DNA from: Promethearchaeota archaeon | GTDB taxonomy: Archaea > Asgardarchaeota > Lokiarchaeia > Sigyniarchaeales > SOKP01 | NCBI GenBank assembly: GCA_048939995.1 | Contig: JBHLOY010000011.1 | Span: forward strand, 32,001-96,000 | Length of the DNA: 64,000 bases | Reading direction: 5' to 3' | In this document: positions 1-9,534 of the stretch, piece by piece | Numbering within the stretch: position 1 is the stretch's first letter | How the letters are laid out: the number at the start of each line of letters is the position of its first letter | The notes under the pieces: model-generated | Told to the model about the DNA's origin: nothing | The model's database searches: none | The model's input: the letters and a program-made list of their open reading frames with translations, nothing else | Program-made: the position numbers and the translations under genes

Positions 1-444
1 CATACCTAATAAATAAGTTCCTGCTCGAATCTTCAAGAAGCGACATAACCTAATTACAACTGGAGCTAATATTAATACAACTACAACATCACTAATAATT
101 GAAGCAAGTAATGTTGTGATTAGGCAAATTAGATAAAAAAATAATCTCCTATTTCCCTTCGAAAACTTAAAGAGTTTCACTGCTAGAAATTCTAATATAT
201 TAGAATCTTGAGCTATTTTAGTAATAAGACTCATACATAAGATTACAATAATAGCTTCAAATTCAATGTACTGAATAAAGCCTTTAATATCTACTTTTTT
301 TATTAAACCCGTTATTGTAGCGGCTATAAAACAACCTAGTAATGAAATAGCTACAAAATCCAGACTTTTAGATGAATAACTAATTAAGATGATGGCAAAA
401 ATGCTAAAAATTATAATTAAAAGGATTATATCTTCTAAAATTAT
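1..444 (-). CDS. ArsB/NhaD/SLC13-type (P-protein-like) membrane transporter, 5' part; runs off the window edge
   Basis: Not in the ORF track. Manual translation of the minus strand gives an open hydrophobic frame (IILEDIILLIIIFSIFAIIL...IEFEAIIVILCMSLITKIAQDSNILEFLAVKLFK...LLASIISDVVVVLILAPVVIRLCRFL) that resembles the 5612-7069 paralog. An in-frame TGA at 451-453 limits the 5' end; the putative start is ATA at 444. Confidence 0.75.
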   Translation of the reverse strand, partial: MILEDIILLIIIFSIFAIILISYSSKSLDFVAISLLGCFIAATITGLIKKVDIKGFIQYIEFEAIIVILCMSLITKIAQDSNILEFLAVKLFKFSKGNRRLFFYLICLITTLLASIISDVVVVLILAPVVIRLCRFLKIRAGTYLLGM

Positions 445-580
445 GGCAAATCACAGTTTAGACAAATAATAAATATAGAAACTAATCAATAATAAAAAAT
501 TATTTAATTAAAGATGGGAAAAAAATTCTAATTGAGGCTAAGTATAGATTTTATTAATTATATATTAAAGAAGAATTATT

Positions 581-796
581 TTGAATAGAGAAGTAATTTT
601 TCTCAGATTGACGGATGTAGGACGAAGTATTGATCTAAATAGAGCGAAAAATATATTTCCAGGTATTCCAGATAAACGAATAGTTAAAACAAAAGATAAC
701 CCCTACAATGTTAATATTACTGAAGCGTTAAAGTTAGAATTAACTCAAAATATCTCTTTTTCTAATTTTAGACTTCTTTATATAGAGGTTATATAA
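581..796 (+). pseudogene. Short ORF, probably a truncated N-terminal remnant of a larger protein
   Basis: Protein-like N-terminus (EVIFLRLTDVGRSIDL...FPGIPDKRIVKTKD) that degrades into sequence overlapping the 3' end of the convergent gene. Confidence 0.35.
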
Positions 797-2717
797 ACCT
801 CTTTTCAGCAGAATTTAAGATTTTAGCTAACATATCTTTATATGAAATACCGGCAAATTGTGACATTTTTGCTAAGTGCCCGTCCCAGCACCATCCTGGG
901 TTGGGGTTAACCTCTAATAGTTTTGGATTTCCATCACTATCTAGCCGCCAGTCAAAACGAGCATAATCTTGACATTCTAATCTGGTGAATAACTTTACAG
1001 AAGAGTTCTCAATTGTCTGAATTACTTCATCTGGAAGTTCTGCAGGTATAGATCTGAGATTCCAATAAGGAGAGTCTGGCAACCATTTCGCTTCGTATCC
1101 ACATATGTTTGGTAAACCAGAGGGTAAACCTGAATAATCCTCCTCGATTATTGGGAGCATAATGTAATCATATGGAGGATTTCCTATGATTCCTAAAGAC
1201 AAATCTTTACCCGGTAGGAATTGTTCTATTAGAATTGGTTTATCATATCCAAATTTGTTTCTAATATCTGTTATAGCATTTAATAATTGTTCTCCATTCT
1301 CAACTACACTATTTTGGGTAATTCCAAAACTAGAATCCCCAAAATTAGGTTTAACAATTGCAGGGAAATATAAGGGTAAATCTATAATTTTATCTTCTGG
1401 CTTTATAAATATAGATTCCGGCACTGGTATCTCTAGATCCTTTGCAATGCCTCTAATTAATGATTTATCATAGCAAAATGCCAGGCATTGAGGATTAGAA
1501 CCCGTATATGAAAATTTTAATATCTCTAAAAGAGCAGGTATATGTAATTCTTTCCGAGGATCATTAGAATAGCCTTCATCACATAAGTTAAAGACATAAT
1601 CTACTTTTCCCTTCAATTTTTCTAAATCGTGAATCAAAGTATCATGATTGTTTAAGTAAATAAAGCTATATCCTTTCAATTCTTTTAGAGCAGACTTTAA
1701 CTGATCTATTGTGTAGAAATCATCATCATCGAAAATTGTAGAAGGTTTTATCGTATCTGGTTTATTTGGGTCTCCAAAAAGAACTACTACGTTCTTTAAT
1801 ACTGGTATTCCTTTTTTTTTTGTTTCCGTCCACTCCTTCTTAGCAATAGCTGTTACTATTATTCTTCTTTCCATCATTCCTAAATCTTGTTGTCTTTGAG
1901 AATCTGGTGTTATTGTTCCATGAAATTTAATATCACTGAAACCTGCTTTTTCCAATATTTCTGAAATATTTTTTTTAGAATAGAGTCTTTCAGCATAAAA
2001 TTGATCGACCAGAACTCCTTTATTAACATGGCTAATAACCTCTCTAGAGATTAGCCTTTGATTATCTAAAGATAGTGAACGCTCACGACAAACAAAATAA
2101 TTCTTATCGATCCATTCCCATGAACGTGGTTGGAAATTATCTTTTACATATTCTCCATCTGTAATGTCAATTAATACTTTTCCCCAGGGTTTTAATGTAC
2201 GAAATGTTTCTTTTAATACAAGATAATCATCGTTGATAGATTCAAAATAACCAAAACTATTTCCTAGTATTGTAATAAAGTCAAAACTGTCTGGAGAATA
2301 AGGTAGCTTACGTGCATCTCCTTCTCGAAACTTTACTATTATTCCCATTTTTTTTGCAGTACTTTTAGCTTTTTGAATTAAATATCTTGATCGATCTATG
2401 CCTTCAACATTTTCAAATCCTCGTTTTGCTAATTCAATCGAATGCCTACCTTGACCACAACAAAGATCTAATATATGTTGATCAGGGCGAATTCCCAAAA
2501 TCTTAGAAAAAACATCAATTTCTGTGGAGGTAATCTTCTGATCTTCAACCACATCCCCATCGGTTTTTAAATAATATGCATTAAAGATATTTCTCCACCA
2601 GTCTTTTTTTACAAATTCCTCCAAATTCGAGACTGGGCCAAGACAAACAGGTTTTAATGTCTCCCTTTTACTTGTTAAAGATTTTTTATTCCCAGGATTA
2701 TTTTGCTTTAGTGACAT
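789..2717 (-). CDS. Class I SAM-dependent methyltransferase fused to a D-Ala-D-Ala-ligase-like ATP-grasp domain
   Basis: N-terminal LDLCCGQGRH SAM motif I and GDARKLP. C-terminal Ddl-like motifs FNLCDEG, YTGS, DKS, IVKPNFGDSSFGI, EQFLPG, RFDWR and LLEVNPNPG. Confidence 0.85.
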   Translation of the reverse strand: MSLKQNNPGNKKSLTSKRETLKPVCLGPVSNLEEFVKKDWWRNIFNAYYLKTDGDVVEDQKITSTEIDVFSKILGIRPDQHILDLCCGQGRHSIELAKRGFENVEGIDRSRYLIQKAKSTAKKMGIIVKFREGDARKLPYSPDSFDFITILGNSFGYFESINDDYLVLKETFRTLKPWGKVLIDITDGEYVKDNFQPRSWEWIDKNYFVCRERSLSLDNQRLISREVISHVNKGVLVDQFYAERLYSKKNISEILEKAGFSDIKFHGTITPDSQRQQDLGMMERRIIVTAIAKKEWTETKKKGIPVLKNVVVLFGDPNKPDTIKPSTIFDDDDFYTIDQLKSALKELKGYSFIYLNNHDTLIHDLEKLKGKVDYVFNLCDEGYSNDPRKELHIPALLEILKFSYTGSNPQCLAFCYDKSLIRGIAKDLEIPVPESIFIKPEDKIIDLPLYFPAIVKPNFGDSSFGITQNSVVENGEQLLNAITDIRNKFGYDKPILIEQFLPGKDLSLGIIGNPPYDYIMLPIIEEDYSGLPSGLPNICGYEAKWLPDSPYWNLRSIPAELPDEVIQTIENSSVKLFTRLECQDYARFDWRLDSDGNPKLLEVNPNPGWCWDGHLAKMSQFAGISYKDMLAKILNSAEKRFI

Positions 2718-3252
2718 TTTTAAATTCTTATTATAGATGTATTTGAATAACGAAAATTTTAATAATTCTTTTTAGAAATAGATTTTGAATACGATTTATA
2801 GGTGATATTCTTTTATTCATCAATTTTATTTTTCATGATGTTTAATGAAAAGTGCTTAGATTTAAATGAAGTATATCAATTATTTAAAATTTTTTATTTT
2901 ATCTTATTAGATAATAAATAAGATTAATTGCTTTTTAGATTCCAAATATCTCCAAAATGGGATAACTGATAATGATTCTTATGTAATCATAAACTATTTT
3001 AAGACTTATTAAAGCTTTAGGTCAATAAAACTAGAGTACTTAAATTATTCTTTTTATTATAAGCATTTTTCTCTAAAATTGGCCTTTTTGAATATTTTTT
3101 TTCTAGATTTTTGCAAACTGGATATAATAATTAATTTCTTTACCTTAAATAGTAATTAAAAATCCAATAAATTGGAAATATTTATATATGATTTTGATTT
3201 CTTACGGTATTTGAAAATATATATAAAATAATCTAAAATAGAGCTGAAAAGT

Positions 3253-3426
3253 TTGAATAATGAAATCACAACAGATTTAGGGAAAGATGAAGATGAGGAT
3301 TGGGATGAAGATGAGGATTGGGATGAAGATGAGGAATGGGATGAAGATGAGGAATGGGATGAAGACGAGGATTGGGATGAAGACGATGATTTAGACGATT
3401 ATGACGATGATGACGATGATGATTAG
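3253..3426 (+). CDS. 57-aa hyper-acidic Trp-repeat microprotein: MNNEITTDLGK(DEDE[D/E]W)5DEDDDLDDYDDDDDDD
   Basis: Manual translation from TTG 3253 (in-frame CTG 3244 is an alternative start) to TAG 3426. Repeat variation falls at third codon positions (GAT/GAC, GAT/GAA). TATA-like TTTATATA at about 3181 upstream and T-tracts downstream. Confidence 0.75.
   Translation: MNNEITTDLGKDEDEDWDEDEDWDEDEEWDEDEEWDEDEDWDEDDDLDDYDDDDDDD
3286..3375 (+). repeat. 18-bp tandem repeat x5 (GATGAAGAYGAGGAWTGG) followed by a GAY triplet run
   Basis: Directly visible; encodes DEDE[D/E]W units. Confidence 0.95.
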
Positions 3427-3530
3427 TAACTAGCAATCGAAATTGAAGGAAGTTTTTCAAATCAGGATTTTTTTAAATTAGATTCTTTTTTTGAATAAAA
3501 ATTTAATTTCAATATGAATTTTGATAACTT

Positions 3531-4199
3531 ATGTCAAAATTAGATAGTCCGAAATATCTTGCGATCCTCATATTAATTGGAGGTAAAAGTACTCGCTTCG
3601 GTACTGAGAAAGCTGTCGTTGAATTATTTGGAAAACCGCTTATCTTACATCAAATCGAAACATTAGCCAAATTCGATCAAAATATCTTCTTAATAGCTCA
3701 CTCAGATGAACAAATCTACAATTATAAGAGTGAAATTGATTTTCCAAGAGAAGTTACTTTTATTGTTGATGATCGCGAGATTTTTAAACATCCCAAAATC
3801 TATCGTCCAATGCTTGGAGTTTATTCCGGATTTAAGGAACTATTTAGACAAAGCTTCGAAAAAGCTTTTGTTTTATCATGTGATATGCCATTAATTAAAC
3901 CTGAAGTAATAGAATTTATGATTAAGCAATCTGCAGGTTATGAGTGCCTAATACCCCGATGGAAAAACGGATTTCTAGAACCTTATTTTGCGATTTATCC
4001 TGTTGAAAAAGGATATCAAAAAGCAAAGGAAATTTTGTTAAGCGAAAACTACGGATTACTTAACTTAATAGATAAAAATTGGAAGATTAATCATATTTCA
4101 GTGGAAGAGGAACTACAACCTTTAGATAAGAATTTATTAAGTTTAATTAATATTAAAGGTCCAATTGATCTACAAAAATTGACAAAATTATATCAATAA
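3531..4199 (+). CDS. mobA: Molybdenum cofactor guanylyltransferase
   Basis: LIGGKSTRFGTEKA, LSCDMP, EPYFAIY and INIKGPIDL motifs of the MobA/NTP_transf_3 family. Confidence 0.85.
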   Translation: MSKLDSPKYLAILILIGGKSTRFGTEKAVVELFGKPLILHQIETLAKFDQNIFLIAHSDEQIYNYKSEIDFPREVTFIVDDREIFKHPKIYRPMLGVYSGFKELFRQSFEKAFVLSCDMPLIKPEVIEFMIKQSAGYECLIPRWKNGFLEPYFAIYPVEKGYQKAKEILLSENYGLLNLIDKNWKINHISVEEELQPLDKNLLSLINIKGPIDLQKLTKLYQ

Positions 4200-4209
4200 G
4201 GAGAAAAAT

Positions 4210-4422
4210 ATGTTAGGATTAACTTTTCAAATTTTTCCTTCAAAGATTCTTATTATTCTGCCATTTTTACTTATACTTATTATTTCCCTAATCATATTAT
4301 TGAAATTAATAATTTCTGAGTTTAAAAATCAATCATCTGAGCAAGAAATATTGATTTGCCTATTTGGGGTCATTTTTTTTTTGTTATTATCGGTAATACT
4401 AGGTATGAGTATAATGTCTTAA
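4210..4422 (+). CDS. Small two-TM membrane protein
   Basis: AGGAG SD upstream, two hydrophobic segments, co-oriented 10 nt after mobA. Confidence 0.6.
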   Translation: MLGLTFQIFPSKILIILPFLLILIISLIILLKLIISEFKNQSSEQEILICLFGVIFFLLLSVILGMSIMS

Positions 4423-4462
4423 GAATAAAACTAAAAAGTTAAAATTTAAGATTTCATATCAA

Positions 4463-4882
4463 GTGATTATAATGGATGGGAAAGAATACCAATTTAATCA
4501 AATAAAAGAGGATATAATCGTTTTAAAAGAGGAATATAAAAAAAAGGGTAAAGAATATGGAATTGTAAAAATGGCCAAGAAACAAATTAGTGCCTTTGTA
4601 GAAGCTATCGATTTAATATCAGTTTCTCCTTCGATATCATCTAAATTTAGTGAAAAAGTAGAAAAATTCATATTTCCTAGATTTATGGAACTTAATAATA
4701 TCACATATAGCGAAAAAACATTACCATCTGAGGTTAGTATCGAGTTATCAAAAGAAAATCAAAAAAATCTTATTAATGCTCTTGAATATTCTAGTGTAAT
4801 TGTAGGATTAGAAGAAAGAGGTTACTCTATTAAAGAGTTAAGAGAGGTTTTGAAAAAGATATCTTTTTTTAAAGAAAAATAA
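4463..4882 (+). CDS. Hypothetical protein
   Basis: 139-aa ORF with normal composition; the true start may be ATG 4472. Confidence 0.7.
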   Translation: MIIMDGKEYQFNQIKEDIIVLKEEYKKKGKEYGIVKMAKKQISAFVEAIDLISVSPSISSKFSEKVEKFIFPRFMELNNITYSEKTLPSEVSIELSKENQKNLINALEYSSVIVGLEERGYSIKELREVLKKISFFKEK

Positions 4883-4965
4883 TAGTTGTTCATTTTTTTA
4901 TGTATATGTATAACTTCAAATTCATTAAAATATTTTATTCTAACTTAAAATTAGTGAGAATATAA

Positions 4966-5583
4966 ATGGTATTTAAAAGTATTAATCGAATTAAAGCTGC
5001 CTTACCAGAAGTAATTCACATCGCAATGTTCTATAATAATGGAACTATTTTTCAAACTACATTTGGATCTGATATAAATATCCCTAAATTAGGTGAAAAT
5101 CTAGCTGAAGCATTACATCACATGCAAAAAATATATGAATTTTGTAATTTAAAAGCTGAAGAATATAAAAAGCTTATATTTGAAACGGAAGATATGTCTT
5201 CGATAATCTTAAAGCTTGGAGAAGACAGTAATATCGCATTATTTTTTAAAAAAGAAGAAGATAAAGAATTAAGAATAAGTGCTATTAGAAGATATCTAAA
5301 CAAAATTGAAGACATCATGGATATGGATGCAAATGAAATATTATTCCAAGAAATCCTAGTTAAGGAAGAAGAATTAAAAAAGTTAAATAATGATCTGCAA
5401 AAAAATCAAGAAGAAATTAATATCTTAAATGAAAAAGTCAAAGATTCTGGAATGTCTCAGGAAAGACAAATGGTTTTAAAGAAAATAAATGAAAACACTG
5501 AGGAATACTTTAAAATTAAGAAGCAGATTGAAGAAGTTAACTCTGAAATTGAAAATCTTAAAAAGGAAATTGTGAATAAATAA
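4966..5583 (+). CDS. Roadblock/profilin/longin-like N-terminal domain plus C-terminal coiled coil
   Basis: Helix, then beta-hairpin (HIAMFYNNGTIFQT), helix, and three strands (KLIFET, SIILKL, IALFF), followed by an E/K/N-rich heptad tail. Confidence 0.55.
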   Translation: MVFKSINRIKAALPEVIHIAMFYNNGTIFQTTFGSDINIPKLGENLAEALHHMQKIYEFCNLKAEEYKKLIFETEDMSSIILKLGEDSNIALFFKKEEDKELRISAIRRYLNKIEDIMDMDANEILFQEILVKEEELKKLNNDLQKNQEEINILNEKVKDSGMSQERQMVLKKINENTEEYFKIKKQIEEVNSEIENLKKEIVNK

Positions 5584-5611
5584 ACAAGACAGAACTTTAA
5601 AGAAAATTACA

Positions 5612-7069
5612 ATGTGGATTAGTAATGTCATCATTTTAGGGTGTTTTGTAGGCGTAGTTCTTCTAATTTTAACAAATAAATTAAACAGAGCAATCGCAGC
5701 TTTACTAGGCGCATTAATTGCATTTTTTACATTAATATTTATTGAAGATCTAGCTTTTCCAATAATAGTAGAATTTCTATTTGGGAGTCCGCCTCCAGGG
5801 GGAGATAATTTTGTTAATTTACACTCTCTAATTTTAATATTAAGTATGATGATTATAGTTCAAATTGCTCATGAAGCAGGATTGTTTCAATTTATTTCAA
5901 TAAGTTTAATAAAATTAACTGGTGAGAAACCAATTTATATTCTAGTAATTTTTTCAATTATAACAGTTATTCTTTCTTCAATTTTAAACAATATCCTAAC
6001 TGTTATCATTTTGATTCCCTTGATAATTACTGTTTCTCGTATTTTAAGTGTAAATCCATCTCCATATATCCTCACTCAAGCGATTTTAGTAAATATTGGA
6101 GGAACTTTTTTTTCCATCTCATCAATACCTAATATCTTAATAACCAGTTATGCACAAATCTCATTTATAGATTTTTTTTTAAACGTGGGCATAATTTCAT
6201 TATTTACATTTCCTCTAACTTTACTCTTTTTCATTTTTCTTTATAAGAAGGATTTGGAGGTGCCTACTGGGGGTTTTGAAATTTTAAAAGAATTTAATAT
6301 CTGGAATTTTGTACAAAATAGAGTCCTCTTATATAAATCAGCATTTGCTTTAGCCATTACTCTTACTCTTTTCATTGTTATACCTCCCTCACTTATTTCA
6401 ATTGACATTATTGCTCTAACGGTAGCAATAATATTGATAATTACTAGTAAATTGAATGCTAAAGTTATAATTGGAAAAATAGATTTTGAATTATTGCTAT
6501 ATCTTCTCGGAATTTTTATTATCTCAGGAGCTTTAGAATATACGGGAATATTAGATTTATTGGGAGCGTGGATGTCAACCATTGTGGGAGGGGATCCTTT
6601 AAGTCAAATCTTAATTATAATATGGTTTTCTGGATATTTGAGTAGTAATATTGATAATATTCCTATTACTAAAGTATTAATCCCTGTTATAAGCAACATG
6701 CCAGATATCCCTTCGCTTGATAATATAAATCAACCTTATTATAGTCTTGCTCTTGGAGCAAATTGGGGAGATAACTTGACTCCTATGGGTGATAATATAC
6801 TGGTTGCTAATATCGCTGAACAAAATAAACGCCCAATTAGTATGAAACAATTCTTTAAATTAGGATTCTTTACAACAAACTTTCAATTGTTAATAGTCTC
6901 TCTCTATTTTACTTTACTCTACCAATTATTTACAGGAGTTCTTATTATTTTGACAATCTTTTCTGCAATGCTAATCCTTTATCTATTTCAAAAAATATCT
7001 TCGAAAAAAGGAGAAATATCAAAGATTAATCGATTAATCACAAAAATTAGGAATTTTATTATTAAATAA
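5612..7069 (+). CDS. ArsB/NhaD/SLC13 family permease
   Basis: About 12-13 TM segments; LSSILNN, NIGG...SIPN, SSNIDNIP and GANWGDNLTPMG motifs. Confidence 0.85.
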   Translation: MWISNVIILGCFVGVVLLILTNKLNRAIAALLGALIAFFTLIFIEDLAFPIIVEFLFGSPPPGGDNFVNLHSLILILSMMIIVQIAHEAGLFQFISISLIKLTGEKPIYILVIFSIITVILSSILNNILTVIILIPLIITVSRILSVNPSPYILTQAILVNIGGTFFSISSIPNILITSYAQISFIDFFLNVGIISLFTFPLTLLFFIFLYKKDLEVPTGGFEILKEFNIWNFVQNRVLLYKSAFALAITLTLFIVIPPSLISIDIIALTVAIILIITSKLNAKVIIGKIDFELLLYLLGIFIISGALEYTGILDLLGAWMSTIVGGDPLSQILIIIWFSGYLSSNIDNIPITKVLIPVISNMPDIPSLDNINQPYYSLALGANWGDNLTPMGDNILVANIAEQNKRPISMKQFFKLGFFTTNFQLLIVSLYFTLLYQLFTGVLIILTIFSAMLILYLFQKISSKKGEISKINRLITKIRNFIIK

Positions 7070-7153
7070 TAGCAAAATCATTGAATAAGTTTTACCACTA
7101 GCAATTTTTAGAAAAACGAAATTGTTTTCTTAAGTGAAAAATTCCTTAAACCA

Positions 7154-9454
7154 ATGTATAATGAGGAATTTAAATTTAAAGATAGAACTATTGATCTGGT
7201 AGAAACAGAACAATTAGATTCTTCCTTTAAAATAAAATCATATAAAGATAAATTACAATTGATGATCCAAAAGCAAATTCCTCAAAAAAAGATTAAGGTA
7301 GTTATTGAGCATTTCTTTTTAAAAAGTAAACTAATATCTGAGAAAACTAAAGCGTCTATATCGAAGATAATTTACTCCCAAGTTGATCGTATCATTATCG
7401 TTTTCACGAAATCTGGAAAAGATATAATCTATAATCGTGAGAAACTAATTCAAAATTATGGTTGGTTTTTCTATATTGAAAAGCCAGAGAAGAGAAAAAA
7501 AGAAAGTAAGAAAAAAGGAATAAAAGACGAAGAGAAAACTCTTAGTACAGAAACATTCTTTTATAATAATCATTCAATAATACTTAAAGAAAAGAGTAAT
7601 ATGCGCTCTCTTTATAATACAAAAGAATACTTTTATTACAAGAAAATCTTGAATTCAAAAGAAATCATCCAAATGCCGATCAAAGATGTTCTAGATGATT
7701 TTTTTCTCGAAAATGACAAAGTACCCGTTAAAGAAAAAGAATCTATAAAGAAAATAATTTATTATCAAGAAGAGAAAGTAATTGTCTTCAAATCCTTAAT
7801 TGGAGATATAATGTATGAAAATCTTAAACAACTTGTCAAAAAATATGGTTGGTATTTTTATATTACGGGAGTACCTGTAGGTGAGAGTGAACTCTCCATT
7901 GCTATTGATAAAATAGAAAAAAGATATGATAATACATATTTTAATAATGTATCTCTTGTTGATGGATTAAATAATTCCGAGGATATATGTCTAACTATTT
8001 ATCCTATTGTACTTAAACCAAATCACAATTGCCACATCTTGGGATTAGGAAATTTAAATATTTTACTAGATTGTGGATTAACAGAGCCTAATGAGGAAGA
8101 AAAAATTGAAGGGGACTTAAGATATATAGAGTTCTATTTGAAAAATTATTATAATTTAATAGAAGAAGAAAAAAATTTTGAGAACCAAGAAATTGATAAT
8201 AAAAAGATAATAAAGGAACATAATAAAAACAACATTAAACCTCCTAATGAACCTAAAATTGATGCGATATATATTTCTCATAGTCATTTCGATCATGTAT
8301 CTGGTTTAAAAGAATTGATTAAACGTTATCCTGATATACCTATCTTATGTTCAAGGATCACTCTTGATTTATATCTACTTCGGGACTCTAATTTCTTAAA
8401 GCAAGAATCACAGAATGAAATTGAAGAAGATGATTATAAAAACATTATAAGGAATGTTATTTACGTCGAAAATGGTACAAAATTAAAATTTAAGGATAAA
8501 GGATGTTATCTCTCTTTTTATCATGGAGGTCATATGCCTGGAGCTTTAATGATTCTGGCAAAGGTAAAAGATTTTAGATTTCTATACACGGGTGATTATA
8601 CTTATTATGATATTACCCCCTTTGCTGGCACCAGAAGATTTCTAGGACAACTCTCTAGACCTATAGATTATCTTCTCATTGATGGAACTAGCGCTCGTGA
8701 AGATTTTGGTAATTTATCAGATCAATTTCATAGCCTTATTCTCTTCTTAGAGCAAAAAGCAGAATATGAAGATAACGTACTAATTGGAGCAGATCCTTCA
8801 AGTCTGGCGATTACATTTATGTTGATTTTTTGGAGGTATTTTAGAAAACTACAACTAAGAAGAGATTTTAAGAAACGCCCGAATATATACGTCGACATGA
8901 TGGTTCGCAAAAACATCCAAGTTATTAACCATAGATATGAATATATATATGGACCAATCTCCAATTTGATTCGTGAAAAAGCAAATCCATTTAATAGTAT
9001 TAAGTTTAGATGGTTTAATCTTGAAGATTTAGACTTTTTAAGAGAGAAAAATAATATCATTATATCCCATCCTCCTGATCTTTCTTATGGAATTATCAGG
9101 AACATTATAAACATCATTGGCCGCAATCCGCATAATCTGGTATTTCTGGCAGGATCTGTCAATGAAAAACCTGGTGAGGATCTTATTAATGGAAGTAATG
9201 AAATAGTTTTCTCAGAAACATGGAGAGTACCTTTTCGAGCATTATTGATTAATACGTTTGTACCATCTCTGAATATTAAACTACATGCAGATAAAAATCA
9301 ATTAACTGAGATGATAAAATATCTTGAACCGAAACATGTATGCTTTTTTCATCAATCCGCGAAAAACCTTGTTGAAGTTGCTGAATATGTAAAACAATTA
9401 GGTGTTGAGAAAGTATCTCTCCCTAAGAAAAGAAAGCTTTCGATAATAAATTAA
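7154..9454 (+). CDS. Metallo-beta-lactamase / beta-CASP ribonuclease-like protein with a duplicated N-terminal domain
   Basis: LLDCG, SHSHFDH, GGHMPG, YTGDY, IDGT, LHAD and FFHQ motifs. Confidence 0.8.
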   Translation: MYNEEFKFKDRTIDLVETEQLDSSFKIKSYKDKLQLMIQKQIPQKKIKVVIEHFFLKSKLISEKTKASISKIIYSQVDRIIIVFTKSGKDIIYNREKLIQNYGWFFYIEKPEKRKKESKKKGIKDEEKTLSTETFFYNNHSIILKEKSNMRSLYNTKEYFYYKKILNSKEIIQMPIKDVLDDFFLENDKVPVKEKESIKKIIYYQEEKVIVFKSLIGDIMYENLKQLVKKYGWYFYITGVPVGESELSIAIDKIEKRYDNTYFNNVSLVDGLNNSEDICLTIYPIVLKPNHNCHILGLGNLNILLDCGLTEPNEEEKIEGDLRYIEFYLKNYYNLIEEEKNFENQEIDNKKIIKEHNKNNIKPPNEPKIDAIYISHSHFDHVSGLKELIKRYPDIPILCSRITLDLYLLRDSNFLKQESQNEIEEDDYKNIIRNVIYVENGTKLKFKDKGCYLSFYHGGHMPGALMILAKVKDFRFLYTGDYTYYDITPFAGTRRFLGQLSRPIDYLLIDGTSAREDFGNLSDQFHSLILFLEQKAEYEDNVLIGADPSSLAITFMLIFWRYFRKLQLRRDFKKRPNIYVDMMVRKNIQVINHRYEYIYGPISNLIREKANPFNSIKFRWFNLEDLDFLREKNNIIISHPPDLSYGIIRNIINIIGRNPHNLVFLAGSVNEKPGEDLINGSNEIVFSETWRVPFRALLINTFVPSLNIKLHADKNQLTEMIKYLEPKHVCFFHQSAKNLVEVAEYVKQLGVEKVSLPKKRKLSIIN

Positions 9455-9534
9455 TTTATCTAAATTAAAGATAATCATTAAAAGTTTAATTTAATAATTC
9501 TTATTTAGATTAAATACAAATAAAGTGATTCTCT

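Noticed and set aside
3286-3375. Possible CRISPR array
   Set aside because: Head-to-tail 18-bp units with no spacers and no cas genes; a coding tandem repeat.
789-3426. RiPP (graspetide) cluster of ATP-grasp/methyltransferase plus repetitive acidic precursor
   Set aside because: The repeats lack the Ser/Thr/Lys donors needed for crosslinks, the ligase is Ddl-like rather than RimK-like, and the genes are divergent and over 500 nt apart.
3266-3460. His/Pro-rich 64-aa minus-strand ORF (HPNPHL repeats)
   Set aside because: It is the antisense shadow of the acidic repeat ORF. On the plus strand the variation is synonymous or conservative and there is promoter and terminator context.
9526-9528. 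TGA readthrough upstream of iscU
   Set aside because: The TGA is part of the GTGA SD-like element and lies before the family's normal N-terminus.
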